Below, piece by piece: positions 1 through 11,984 of a stretch of 64,000 nt of DNA; within the stretch, counting starts at the first letter, position 1, and every line of letters starts with the position of its first letter. Made by a program: the position numbers and the translations under genes. Location: NCBI GenBank assembly GCA_028534125.1, contig CM052818.1:26538001-26602000 (forward strand). Direction: 5' to 3'. The stretch comes from Lama glama (taxonomy: Eukaryota). Below the pieces are notes generated by a model. That model did not search any database and was not told the origin of the DNA. It saw nothing but the letters and a program-made list of their open reading frames with translations.

Positions 1-3000
1 GATTATTTTTATTTTGACATCATTGTCAGCCCTTTCTATATATCACCATGCACAATTAGGCACTCAGTAAATACTTTTTAGGATTGTAATGGTTGAGTAA
101 ACTGAATCCATGCAATTTCAGTCTTGCAATTAAGTTCCTGAAGCACAGCGATATGGAACGACATATAGCCAAAGTGGGCAGAGGTGGGAGCAAAGAGAGG
201 TGCTGAAGCCAGTAATTAAGTAAATGAGTCTCTGACCCAGACAGACTGGTTTCACAAGTCGAGATTTGCCCCCACAGGGGCCAGAGATGACATCATGGGA
301 ATGCATATCAAGACCCGTGAGTGATGAGGTTATGTGGCTGAGAACACCAAACCCATCTAAAAAGCCAGAGTACAAGTGTTCATTAGTGAGCCAATGTGGC
401 CAGGTATATGAAGGCAGAGAATATTCTGAATTACCCAGAAATGTGAGCAATGATGGGGGAAGGGGGCCAAATATGAGAAAAAAAAATATAAGGAAGGGGA
501 AGTTAAAAAGGCAGGAGCTCTCCCAATTCAGTACCATCTGAATTTCTGCACTTGCATCTGAGTTTAGGAGTCACAGCTTCTGTGGGTCCCCTTGCTTCCT
601 GGAAGGAGTATCCCAGGCTCTGTTGACTCAAGAAGGGACAACAAAGTGTCAGCAACCCCGAAGCACCAGCGGACGCTGCCAACTCCCAGTCTATCTGGAG
701 ATCCCACTGAAAGGAAGGAGGAATCAGGATGACTTAGAAAGCAGCTCACAGACTACCACGGCGAAGAGGAGAGGCCAGATAGGGAGACACTTAACCAATA
801 CCCTCAATCAACTTTAATTCAAGGTAGAAATGAGGTAGAAATTTCCCAGATACAACATCCTTTTGAAGGATGCAGGCTTCTAGGGGAGGTAATTAATATG
901 AAAAAGCTGCTGCTAACTGGCTCTGGGAACTTGAAGCATTTTCTTCTCAGTCCATCAATGGCCACATCTGCAAGAAAGGAGGAGCAAGAGAGAGAACGAA
1001 GGTGAAGGTGCTGTGAAACTGGGTGGCTCCATGGCATATGAAAGGCCTGTTCTAGCCATGTACAGCCTTTCTGATAGGTCTTTTGATTGGCTGCAGCCAT
1101 CCTCATGTGACCTAATGGACCCAATTCCTTCTTTCATCCCCACAAATGCCGAAACCATCCTGGGTTTAATCAAGAGACCTATGTTTATTCAACATACTTA
1201 ACTCAAGAAAGATAATCCAGGGGACCCAATGCCTTCTTTTCTCTATGTAGCCACTTGCATTTTCTCAGTTATGTTTTTACTTTCTGTATGTGTCCAATTT
1301 TATTTTCAATGATTGACCTGGATTTTAGGTTTTAATAGCCTAAATATCAGGTTTTGTTAGTTCAGCTGTAGGTTAAAATGCTCTTACTCTTTTGCTCTTA
1401 ATTAATGGATACCATTCAACAATGAAGGATTCTGTTTAATCTTTTTTTTAAAATGAGTTTTAAATTATTCTTTGTTTGCACATGGCCCAAGAGAAGCTTT
1501 TCTGGGGGGTTACTAGAAGAAGTGGTATAAGTCCATTTCCCTTAATAGTAAAAGATTCCCTGTGACTGTAAAATAGAGAGTTTCCCCACCTGGTAGTTAT
1601 TTAAGAAACTGATTTTTAACCCTAATCACGGGATTTTTACGCTTAAATTAAATTCCACCTATGTTAGTTTTGACTGGGCAGTTCAGCCTGGACATCCGTT
1701 TTTAAATTAAGCTTTTACTGTGTTTTTTAAAGACTTTTTAAAAAGTAAAGACTTCAAAAGTCAAAAGAGGGTCTAGTACTCTCTTTCCCCAGACTCCTCT
1801 GTGTCACAGTCAGAAAACAGAGTTTTTCCCTATCTACTCCATATTCAATTTGGAAAGATGCATAGGAGGAATACCCTCAAATTTTGTCTTCTTAGCAGTA
1901 TATTATAGTATATTATTCTGACAATAACCCAAGGCCAGATGTTGTTGTGACCATCTATATGTTTCAGGATTGATGAGGACATCAAATAGAGCCCAACCCC
2001 CTCAGCAAACACACCTTGGCCTCTAGACTATAAAAATTTATTAGGTGAGCCCACTTTAGGGTATTGCTAAATTCTTTAGCTGGCAGTGATCTCGGTTTCC
2101 ATCAGGGACAAGCTGCCTTAAAATAAGGCCCTTGAAAGGACTTACTCCAGACCCTCAGGGAGAGGAGCTGCCAAGTAATTTCAGGAGAGAATTCAGTTGC
2201 TCTGGAAACAGGTTTTGACAATGGCTCTGTGTGCCAAAGGGCTGAGGATGCAGAGGGCACTGGGTTCCCGCCCCTTGAATGATACTTGAGGCTCTGCTCT
2301 TCAAACAGATGACTTCATTCTGACAACAATGCTTTTTTTTCCAAGAAGCTGCCAGTTTGTACACATTATAAAATAAATTCTCTCATTGACACTGGAGTGG
2401 CAGGAACTACAAACATTGCTTTTTAAAAAGTGTGTGAGCTGGAAAAGGTAAGCTGGAAAAAGGAACAGAATTTCTCCCATAAAGAATTTGTGGTAACTAT
2501 GGAAACAAATCATTGAATCAGCAATCACTTTGTCAACCCCAGTACAGATTAAGGAGGTGTGGAGCCATGCACAATGACTTTATCTTAGGAAACTTTACCT
2601 CAGCCTGAATAAGGTGTTTTAAAGCATGGGTCCCAGAAATACTGTGCCTTCTCTTCCTTTAGCCCTTCAGAAAGCCACACCTACGAAAAAATGAAAAGAC
2701 CCATCAGATAACCAGTCCTTATCCAGTGGCTCACTGGTTTTTAATATCCCGAGTGCCCCATCTTCCAGGGGGTACCAGAGAACAGGGGTACAGGCAAGGA
2801 GGGGTCCTTGTAAATAATTATTCTCCCTTCAGTGGAAACATTGAGGAGTAAGAGAAATCAACCTCTTCCCAGTTATGTTCAGCCTGAGTCCACACATGCC
2901 ACAGCTGTAAACACGTCTGGATGCCATGAAGAAAATGAGAGTTTGGACATAATAAAACTATTTCATTACTCCTATCACCTTAAACCTTTCCTTCCTTTCT

Positions 3001-3006
3001 CTATAT

Positions 3007-3191
3007 CAGAGATCTTCAACTTTTTATACAAAAGCCCAGATGGCATATATTTTAGGCTTTGCAGGCTGTGTATGGTCTTCCTCCTCCTCCTCCTCCTCCT
3101 CTTCTCTTCCTCCTTCTTTTTATAACAGTACAGTGTAAAAACCATCATGAGCTCTCAGATTTGACCCATGAACCATAATTTGTTAACCCTG
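3007..3191. mobile_element. MER58-like hAT-Charlie MITE with internal (CCT)n tract
   Basis: Degenerate TIRs CAGAGATCTTCAAC.../...TTGTTAACCCTG and the internal motif ATATTTTAGGCTTTGCAGGC, both typical of MER58. Confidence 0.7.
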
Positions 3192-4212
3192 ATCAACATT
3201 ATGTCACAGAAGTTCTGACATCCCTGAATGTAGGTCACTATTTAGTCCAAATTTCAGAAAACCAATCAAGCACACTGTCAGAACCACCTAAAGCTAGTTA
3301 AGCTAACACACTAAATCCAGAAGCTCTGATAAATGCACCCATATCAGTAAATTCAGCCTGACCTCCCATTATATTCTGTTCCCCTTGGTTCAACACACTT
3401 AGAATTTATTCCCACACATACTCCATAATCCCCAGGTTTCAGCTGATATAAATTAACTAAATCATGCAATTCTCTTGGAATATATGCTGCTTCTTCACAA
3501 GTCAGATTTACACTTGTATTCCTGTACATGGTGGGATCTGACTCAAGCTATATGTCTAGAGGCAATGAAACATAGGTCTTGATGCATCTGGGATAAATAA
3601 AAGACTCTCACAAGACAACAGGGTCAAGTGAGATTAGAGTTGTCAAGGAAGGGAGAGACCATCTCAGACTGAGAAGGAGGAACTCATTTTGCCAGCAAAG
3701 AAGGTTCCGAGACACTTGAGAGAGGTTCAAAAATTTCAACTTTTTCTGAGTCCACTCAGAATGTCCTCATTCCAAATCTCAGGGTCCCACTCCTTCCCAA
3801 TCAAGTCCCTAAATTTCACGTAAGAAATCTGGCAAGTCTGTGATTTGAATTTACATTGTAATTCTGCCAATCCACATAATTAAATTTGGGCTTTGGTTTT
3901 CAATAATACTTGTTCCACAACTATGAGAAATATAATAGTCTTATATAAGGCAACTGTAGAAATTCTCTGTCTCTCTGAGACTTAGGCAGATAATTTAAAG
4001 CACCAAGCTTTCCTTTTTCTTTTTGTTATTCCTTTAGTGCAGACTGAAAAAGCCATCATGCCCCAGTCCTTGTCCTCATTATTACTACACAGCAGTCAAA
4101 TGCAGTAGTCCCTTTGTCCCCCAGGGAACTTAATTTAATAGGAAGTTTATTCCAAGTGACCATAGTTGATAATTTAATGATTATGCCACTGCAAGCCATA
4201 GACTTAAGAGTA

Positions 4213-4453
4213 CAATTGGCCTTTGAACAATGCAGGGGTTAGGGGCGCTGACCCTCCCCAACAATGGAAAATCCGAATATAACTTGTAATCAGCCCTCTA
4301 CATCCAAAGTTCCTCTATATCTGCAATACCACATCTGCAGAGTCAACCAACTAGGGATAGGGATGGTATAGTACTGTAGTACTTACTATTGAAAAAAATC
4401 TACATATAAGTGAACCCATGCAGTTCAAACCCTTGTAGTTCAAGGGCCAACTA
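4213..4453. mobile_element. Tigger2/MER8-family TcMar-Tigger MITE
   Basis: TIRs CAATTGGCCTTTGAACAA / TAGTTCAAGGGCCAACTA, flanked by TA at 4211-4212 and 4454-4455. Confidence 0.85.
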
Positions 4454-4619
4454 TATTCGGGGGGGGAGGGGGGTTGTTTGTTTGCTTTGTTTTGTTTTGT
4501 TCTGGAAAGGAGCTTAGTGCTAAATTCAAGACCAAGTTCATAATGAAACCAAGCCAAGAATTCCATCATTTGTAGTATGTTTAATAGAACTATTCCTATT
4601 AGAAACATTCTATTTATTG

Positions 4620-4685
4620 AAAGAAGGAGGGAGGGAGGGAGGGAAGGAAAGAAGGAAAGAAGGTAGGCAGGCAGGCAAGGCAAGG
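4620..4685. repeat. Purine-rich simple repeat (GGAG/GAAG/GCAG)n
   Basis: Seen directly in the sequence. Confidence 0.8.
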
Positions 4686-4869
4686 CTGAGAAAGACAACA
4701 TCTGGCGACCAACAATATCTCTGAGCAGGTAAGCTATAGCTGGTTCTGACAAAGCTAAAAGGAGTCAAAGACAAGAGTAAACTTCCAAAGTCAAGGCAAA
4801 TTGGCAACACTAAATAAATATAAGAAGGAAGGCTTTATTCCCTTCACTCCCAGTCTAGTGATTAAAATT

Positions 4870-5005
4870 AACAGGACCTAATAGGATATCAGCTGGCAAA
4901 AGAGTCTAGATATGTGTTTGGCAGAACTCTAACCTCAGCATCACAGGGCAGGCTATAGAATTGTGGGTTTGGGGCTCAGAGTCAATAGATAAATTATCAG
5001 CGCAG
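4870..5005 (-). mobile_element. Old MaLR LTR fragment (MLT1K/L-like)
   Basis: CAGCATCACAGGGCAGGCTATAGAATTGTGGGTTTGGGGCTCAGAGTCAATAG resembles the reverse complement of the MLT1K/L 5' end. Confidence 0.5.
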
Positions 5006-5469
5006 ATAGTGATATGTTTCTCAGTTCCTTCTGTTTAAAATGGTCCAGGTGGCTTCTGTGATGTCTTTCAACTCTGTATACCTTTCCCATTCAACATTTT
5101 ACAATCTTATTCCTCTCTGTCACACCTGGATCCAGGTCTCAGACAGAAGAACAATGCCTACAAAGTGAGATGTCTTCTCCACATAACATCTATGAATGAC
5201 CACAATTTAACTTGAATTTTCTTACCTCAATTTTTTGGGCTGGTTTTGGCTGGTAGATATTAATACACAGGTAGATTTGTTACCTCAGCCATCAAAATGT
5301 GTTTCCTAAAGTATATGTTAAATAGAGTATACAGATAAATACCACAGAAGAGCCAAAACAAGGCTAGAAAAGGGTACCAAGCTCATAACATACCCTATGG
5401 AATGAGTCTTGGGGTAGTCACAAAGCAATAGGTTGCATCTATAGTATATACTAATAATAAGAGTAGTGA

Positions 5470-5600
5470 AAAAACATACTGCACTAAAGCATTGTGTACT
5501 AGGCACTAAGTTATTTACATGTATTAATTCATCACAACCGTCTACCCTTTACAGTAAAAATTATCCCTATATTATGGATGAAGGAATTGAGAAACTAGGC
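5470..5600 (-). mobile_element. MIR SINE fragment
   Basis: Reverse MIR core: TGTGTACTAGGCACT...TTTACATGTATTAATTCAT...TATCCCTATATTATGGATGAAGGAATTGAG. Confidence 0.6.
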
Positions 5601-6489
5601 TCCACTAGCTTCATCTATATATTAAAACATTATATAAACTGTAAATATATATATTTATAGCATATATATTTTTAGATAGACAATGTATGTATGTATGTAT
5701 GTATATTTAAGTTTCTAGGCTCACCCAGATAAGGAACCCAACAGTTTGACAAACAATGTTGCATTGTGTGATGGATGCTAGACACAGAAAGGCTTTGGCT
5801 GTTTCTTTGGTCCATTTCCAGTGAAAATAGAGAGCAATGAACTTGCTCCAGACTCTGATTCCAGAACTTTCAGAGGCTGGAGATAGTGGTGATCTGTCTG
5901 TGAGCCTCTGTGTTTATCATTTCTCAGAAGCCAGCTAGCAGACCAGGCCACCTGCCAGTATATGGTTAGCACATTTATGTCAACTGATTTGTCAGCCAGG
6001 TACCACGGCATTTCCTAAGTCGTAGCTTAGACTATAAAACCACAATGCCAAGCCAAGCCAAAACAGCAATAAGAGACCTTTCTATGTATACCACACTAGC
6101 AGCTCTGTGAAAAGGTATGTGACATACTTTTATGCACTGTAACTGGCAGAGCAGAGCAGCACAGTCCCTTCTGATCTAATGTGTCTCCTCCATCTGTTTT
6201 GAATTCATTTTCTGTAGACAAGAACAGAGTGAGTGAGAAAATGAAGGATATTTTGATATTTGTTAATAGAGATTGAAGCCAAGTTTCCTCCAAAATCATG
6301 TTGGAGTCCTGTCCAGTGGGCAAAGGACACATGAAACTAATTCATCTCTAAAAGTCTATTCTTTTATTGGAAATTCTTAATTTTTAAAAATTGAGCTAAG
6401 AGGATTAAATAAATAAATAAAACTAAATATGCCTATAAAGACTAATGGAAAAAGATTATTCCATTATCTTAAAATTCAGTTTCATAATT

Positions 6490-7980
6490 TCTACTTCTAG
6501 TGTATGATATAGTAACTGGTACTAGACTTGCTTTCCCACTACAAACTACTTTTCTTTAAGGACAAAATATATGAAACAACTCTTTTCAAACATGGACTGC
6601 AGACTGGACAAGACTTGATTTCTGAAAGAAGGAAGGCAAATGAGATAAATCCTAAAAATGTCCCAGCTTTCTACCTGGAGACTTGAGTATATAAAAGTGA
6701 AACATAGATCACAGGATCTCACTGAATTGAAGAGGTAATATTAGAATTTGGAGAGGCTAGGGCAAAATGTCAGAGAGGAGAAAGAGCTCCAGAAATCTGC
6801 ATAGGTGGTCCCTTGAGTCTTTGGCAGACTATCCAGTTCTACATATGTGTGGTAAGACACCACAAAACCAGGCAAAGAGTAACTATGAGTTGAAGAACAA
6901 CTAACAAGGAGCTGTAAGCTGAACAATTCCCAGAACTCATACAGGGCTGGGAGTCATCCAAGTTCTAACCACTGTGGTGGAGAAATCTCATTGAACAAGC
7001 AAGGCATTTAGAAGAGACTCAGAAGTATTAAGGCTAAATTATATTAGAGTGAGGCCACTGCAGACCTCCACTAAAAAACAAACCTCAAAAGGATCAAGCT
7101 GATCAGCAAGTGACTTAATTTTCTGCAGAGGAAAAAAAAAAGTCCAACAAATCTTAAATGAAGTTATCAAAATCCACTTAACAGTATGACAATCACAATG
7201 TCCAGTGTCCTATCAAAAGTTACTAGACCTACTAAGAAGCAGGAAAATGGTAGGGGATATTAGTCAATAAACACACACACACAGAAATTACAGAGATGAT
7301 GGGAGTCACAAAGATTTTTAAAGTGACTCTATACATATGTTCAAATATTTCAAGGAAAATATAAATAAAAGAATTAGAGAAATTGAAGATATTAAAGAGA
7401 ACCAAATGGAATTTTTGAAGCTGAAAAATACATTATCTGAAATGAAAATTTACTGAATGAGATTAACAGCAGATTACACACTAGAAAATATTAGCTAGCT
7501 TGGAGACATAAAAATAGAAACTATTAAATAAGAGCCAAAATTTTTCAAAATTTAATGAAAAATATAAAACTACAGGTCGAAGAGTATCAATACAGTTCAC
7601 ACAATACAAACACAAAGAAAAACCCTTTAAGGTACATCATATTAAAACTGCTGAAAACTAGAAATAGGGAGAAAATACTAAAAGTAGCTGGAGGGAAAAA
7701 GCACACATTTTGATACAGAAGAACAAAAATAAGAAAATCACTGACTTCATATTAGAAATAAAATAAGACAAAGACAATTGAGTGACATTTTTTTAAGTAC
7801 TGAAAGAAGAAAAAAAAGGAAATCTAGAATTCTGTATCTGTCAAAAATATTGTTCAAAAATAAAAGCAAAATGAAGGCATTTTCAGATAAACACAGGTTG
7901 AAAGAATTTATGATAAACAGACCTATACTAAAATAAATGTAGAAGACAGTTTTTCAGACTGAAGGAAAATGATAAAAGAT
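6490..7980 (+). mobile_element. Ancient LINE-1 5' region and ORF1 remnant
   Basis: A-rich ORF1-like sequence, e.g. AACCAAATGGAATTTTTGAAGCTGAAAAATAC and ATCTAGAATTCTGTATCTGTCAAAAATAT; many stop codons. Confidence 0.75.
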
Positions 7981-7982
7981 AA

Positions 7983-9622
7983 TAGTTTTTATTGTAGATT
8001 CTTTAGGTTTTTCAAAATGTACAGTCATGTCATTTTCCTTTCCAATCTGGATGCCTATTATTATATTGTTCTTGCCTTATTGAACTGGCATTGTAATGGA
8101 GACTGAATGAAAATGATGAAATCACACATCCTTGCCTTGTACCCATAATTAGGAGGAAAACATTCAGTTTGGAATTAAATATAATATTAACTGTAGATTT
8201 CTTTATAGATGCTTTTTATTGGAGTGAGGAAGTTTCCTCTACTCCTAGTTTGCTGAGGAATTTTTAAGATGTATGTGCATGGTTGTTGAATGTCTCCAAT
8301 ACTTTTTCTTCATCTATTAGGATGATTATAGTTTTTCTCCTTGATTTCATTGATACAATATATTGCATTCATTATTTTCTAAGGGCAAACCTACTTGCAT
8401 TCCTGAAATTATTCCCATTTGGTCATGATGTATAATCTTTTTATATATTTTGTAATATTTTGTTAATGTTTATTGCATATATGTTAATGAAGGATATCCA
8501 TATGTTATATCTTTGTCTGATTTTAGTATCAGGATAATACTTCTCTCCTGCTCTGTTTTCTGAAATATTTTGTGTAAAATTGATATTATTTTTTCCTTAA
8601 ACATGTGCTAGAATTTACCATTGAAGCCACCTTGCCTGGAGATTTCTTTGGGGAGTTTTTTAAATTTCAAATCTAATGTCTTTAGGAGAAATAGGGTATT
8701 CAGATTTTAAATTCCTTTCTATGCCAGTTTGTGTCATTTATGGCTTTCAAAATGTTTGTTTTTTAATCTAGGTTATTTGATTTATTGGAATAAAGTAATA
8801 TATAATAGCATATAATATTCTTCTATCCTTTTAATTTCTGTGGGATCTGTGGTGATGTCATATCATTCCTTATGTTGATAATTTGAATCTTTTCTCTTTT
8901 TTCTTGATCAGTCTCGGTAGAAGTTCATTAATTAATCTTTTCCAAAAAGCAGCTTTGATTTCATTGATTTTGTCTATTTTTAAAAGCAGTTTAAAACAAC
9001 AAATGTTTATTATCTCACACAGCTATAGTTTGTCAGGAGTCTGCAAGTAACTTAGTTTTGGCTCAGGCTCTATTATGAGGTTGCACTAAAGACACTGGCT
9101 AGGACTTCAGTCGTCTGAAAGTGTGCCTTCAGTTCCTCAACACCTACGCCTCTTCTTACCAATGTGGCAGCTGAACTCCCTCAGAGTGAGTGATGAAATT
9201 GGGAGTGAGCATAACTTCTCTATTGTTTTTCTGTTTTCTATTTCATTGATTTATGCTCTTTTTTTTCCTTTCATCTATTCACTTAGAGTTTAATTTAGCT
9301 TCTTGGGTAGGAAGCTTAAATTATTGATTTTAAAGCTTATTCTGTCTCATGTAAGCATATAAAGCTGTATCTTTCCCTTTAAGCACTGCTGTGGTCACAT
9401 TCTATACATTTTGATATGTTGCATATTTGTAATCATTCAGTCAAAAATATTTTCATATTTCCTTCATGATTTCTTCTTTGACTCATGGCTTATATGGATA
9501 TGTTTTATAAAATTCTAAAAAATGTGGGGATCCTAAGTCATATTTTTGTTATTTATTTATAATATATTTCCATTGTGATCAGAGAATATACTTAATATGA
9601 TTTCAGTTCTTTAAAGTATGTT
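7983..9622 (-). mobile_element. Ancient LINE-1 ORF2 segment (endonuclease end to RT), antisense
   Basis: The reverse strand has the EN SDHN motif (TCTGATCACAAT, ~9572-9583) and the RT-adjacent DMxVxxExPKES region (~7995-8032). Confidence 0.8.
8985..9210 (-). mobile_element. MaLR LTR fragment (MLT1F/G-like) inserted in L1
   Basis: TTTAAAACAACAAATGTTTATTATCTCACACAG...TGGCTCAGGCTCTATTATGAGGTTGCA; the L1 sequence resumes on both sides. Confidence 0.65.
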
Positions 9623-9624
9623 GT

Positions 9625-11300
9625 ACATAGGTCAGTTTTCCCTAAATTGATCTACAGATTCAATGTAATTCCAATCAAAATCCCAGGAACCTTTTAAAGA
9701 AATTAATAGGCTATTTTTAAAACATACTGATATAATGCAAAGGACCTAGAATAGTCAAAGAAATTTTAAAAAGGAATCACAAATTTGGAAAACTTAAGCT
9801 ATCTGAATTTGAGACTGTCTATAAAGTTATAGAAATGGAGACAGTGTGACATTTACATAAGGATAAGCATAAAAATAAATGGAACAGAATGACAGTTCAA
9901 AAACAGAACCAGACATAGTCAAATGATTTTCAACAAAAATGCCAAGGTAATTCAATAAGTAAAGAAAAGTGTTTCAAACATAGTTCTAGAAAAACCAGAT
10001 ACCAGCACAGAGAACTATATTCAATATCTTATAATAACCTTTAATGAAAATGAATATATGTATATATATGTATGACTGGGACATTATGCTGCACACCAGA
10101 AACTAACACATTATACTTACTATATACTTCAATTAAAAAAAAGAGAAAAAGAAAATTCAGATACCACATTTTAAAAATAGGAATAAACCTTGACCCTTAC
10201 CTCACAACATAACAAAAATTAACTCAAAATTGATTAAAGAAATAGAAGCTAAAACTATAAAACTTCTAGAAAAATACATGAGAGAACATCTTTATGACCA
10301 TGAGATAGGTAAAACTGTTTTTAGATAGAGCAAATTAAAAGCATAAGACATAAATATATAAATTAAACCTAATCAAAGTTAAAGACTTCTAGTCCAAAGA
10401 CATCATTAAAGAATTAAAAGACGATTCACAGACTGGTAGAAAATATTCACAATACATGTACCTAATAAAGGTCTTGTGTCAGGAATATTTAAAGAACACT
10501 TACAATTAGAGAGAAGACAAAAAAATTTTAATAGGCAGAAGATTTGAACAGATACTTCACAAAAGAAAACATACAAATGTCTAATAATTGCATGAAATGA
10601 TGCTCAACATCTTTCATCATCAGGAAAATGCATATTTATACCTTTACACACCGTTGAATTATCTAAAAATAAAGACTGACACCATCAAGTTTGGTGACAA
10701 TGTGAGGCTACTGGAACTCTCACGCATTATTGCTGGAAATGCAAAATGGAACAACCACTTTGGAAAACAGAATAGCAGTTATAAAGTTCACCACATGAAC
10801 TTCCCATATGACCCCGCAATCCTACTCCTAGATATTTATCCAAGAGAAATGAAAACATATGTCTCAAGAAAAATTTGTGAATGAATGGTTATAGCTACTT
10901 TATTTTTAATAGCCAAAAACTGTAAACAATCCAAATGTCTATAAACTGGAAAATAAACATTGTAGTATATACATACAATGGAATTCTACTCAACAGTAAT
11001 GTTGATACATACAACAGAATGGATGAACTTCAAAAATATGCCAACATGTAAGAGTCCATGAAAATCTAGAACAGGCAAGACTAATCAATAGTAATAGAAA
11101 GCAGATCAATGGTTTCCAGGGGCCAAAGATGACAGGATTTACTGCAAAGGAGCAGAGTATCTGGGGGATAATAGAAAATTCTGTGTCTTGACTAGAGTGG
11201 TTGTCACAGTTGCATACATTTATCAAAATTTATTGAACTTTACACTTCAATTATGTTCATTTTATTGAATGTAAATTATGCCTCAATAAAATTTATTTTA
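9625..11300 (+). mobile_element. Ancient LINE-1 ORF2 C-terminal part and 3'UTR
   Basis: CCTAAATTGATCTACAGATTCAATGTAATTCCAATCAAAATCCCA encodes PKLIYRFNVIPIKIP; ORF 10588-10884 contains PYDPAILLLDIYPREMKTY; 3' end TGTAAATTATGCCTCAATAAA. Confidence 0.85.
10005..10149 (+). mobile_element. Younger camelid-type L1 3' end nested in the old L1
   Basis: A-rich tail; 17-bp TSD AGAAAAACCAGATACCA (9988-10004) / AGAAAATTCAGATACCA (10150-10166). Confidence 0.8.
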
Positions 11301-11454
11301 TATGCCAAGAAATCAGATTTCACAGACTAACAAATGTATATTTTACCATTCAAACTGATATACAAGATTTTGAGATCACAGAGCTTCCTAGAAAGGCCTG
11401 TTTCCAGTTGGACTGTCCTTTCTGTCATCCTTTTGTCTTGAGCAGGGCTGTACC

Positions 11455-11984
11455 TATGACAAATTGTATTTTCCACACATGGCAGCACCCCACAGGCTGT
11501 ACTACAATATGACCTTGATATTTCTCTCATCAAAAAGTGGGGTATGTGTTCCTTCCCCACATTTCTAAGTACACTTGGATTTGCTTAGAACCAACAGAAA
11601 TGCAGCAGAAGTGACACTGCTTGCCTTCCGAAGCTAAGTTAGAAAGTAACTTCCTCTGACTCATTGGCGCTCTAGCATTAGAATCCTGAGCTACTATGTA
11701 ACATTCCCACTCCTAAGGCCACCATGCTGTGAGGAAGCCCGTATTATCCCAAATGGAGAGGCCATCTGGAGAAGCTCCAAGACTACACAGAAAGAGACAG
11801 AGAGAGATACCCAGCCAGACCCTGGCTCCTACGGTCACCTGCTGTTCCAGCTCCAGCCACTGCTTAACCACCATTCCTTGAGAAACCCTATGCCAGAACC
11901 ACCCATCATAGCCCTTCCCAAATTTCTGACCCACAGAAAATGTGGCATGGTTTGATAGTTGCAGCACAGGTAACTAGTATAACA
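11455..11984 (+). mobile_element. MaLR solo LTR (MLT1F/G/H-like)
   Basis: GCCCACCATGCTGTGAGGAAGCCC and CCCTTCCCAAATTTCTGACCCACAGAAA motifs; ends in ...TAACA. Confidence 0.75.

Noticed and set aside
130..541. Overlapping 135-aa (-) and 91-aa (+) ORFs
   Set aside because: No recognisable domain, promoter context or splice structure; the lengths are compatible with chance.
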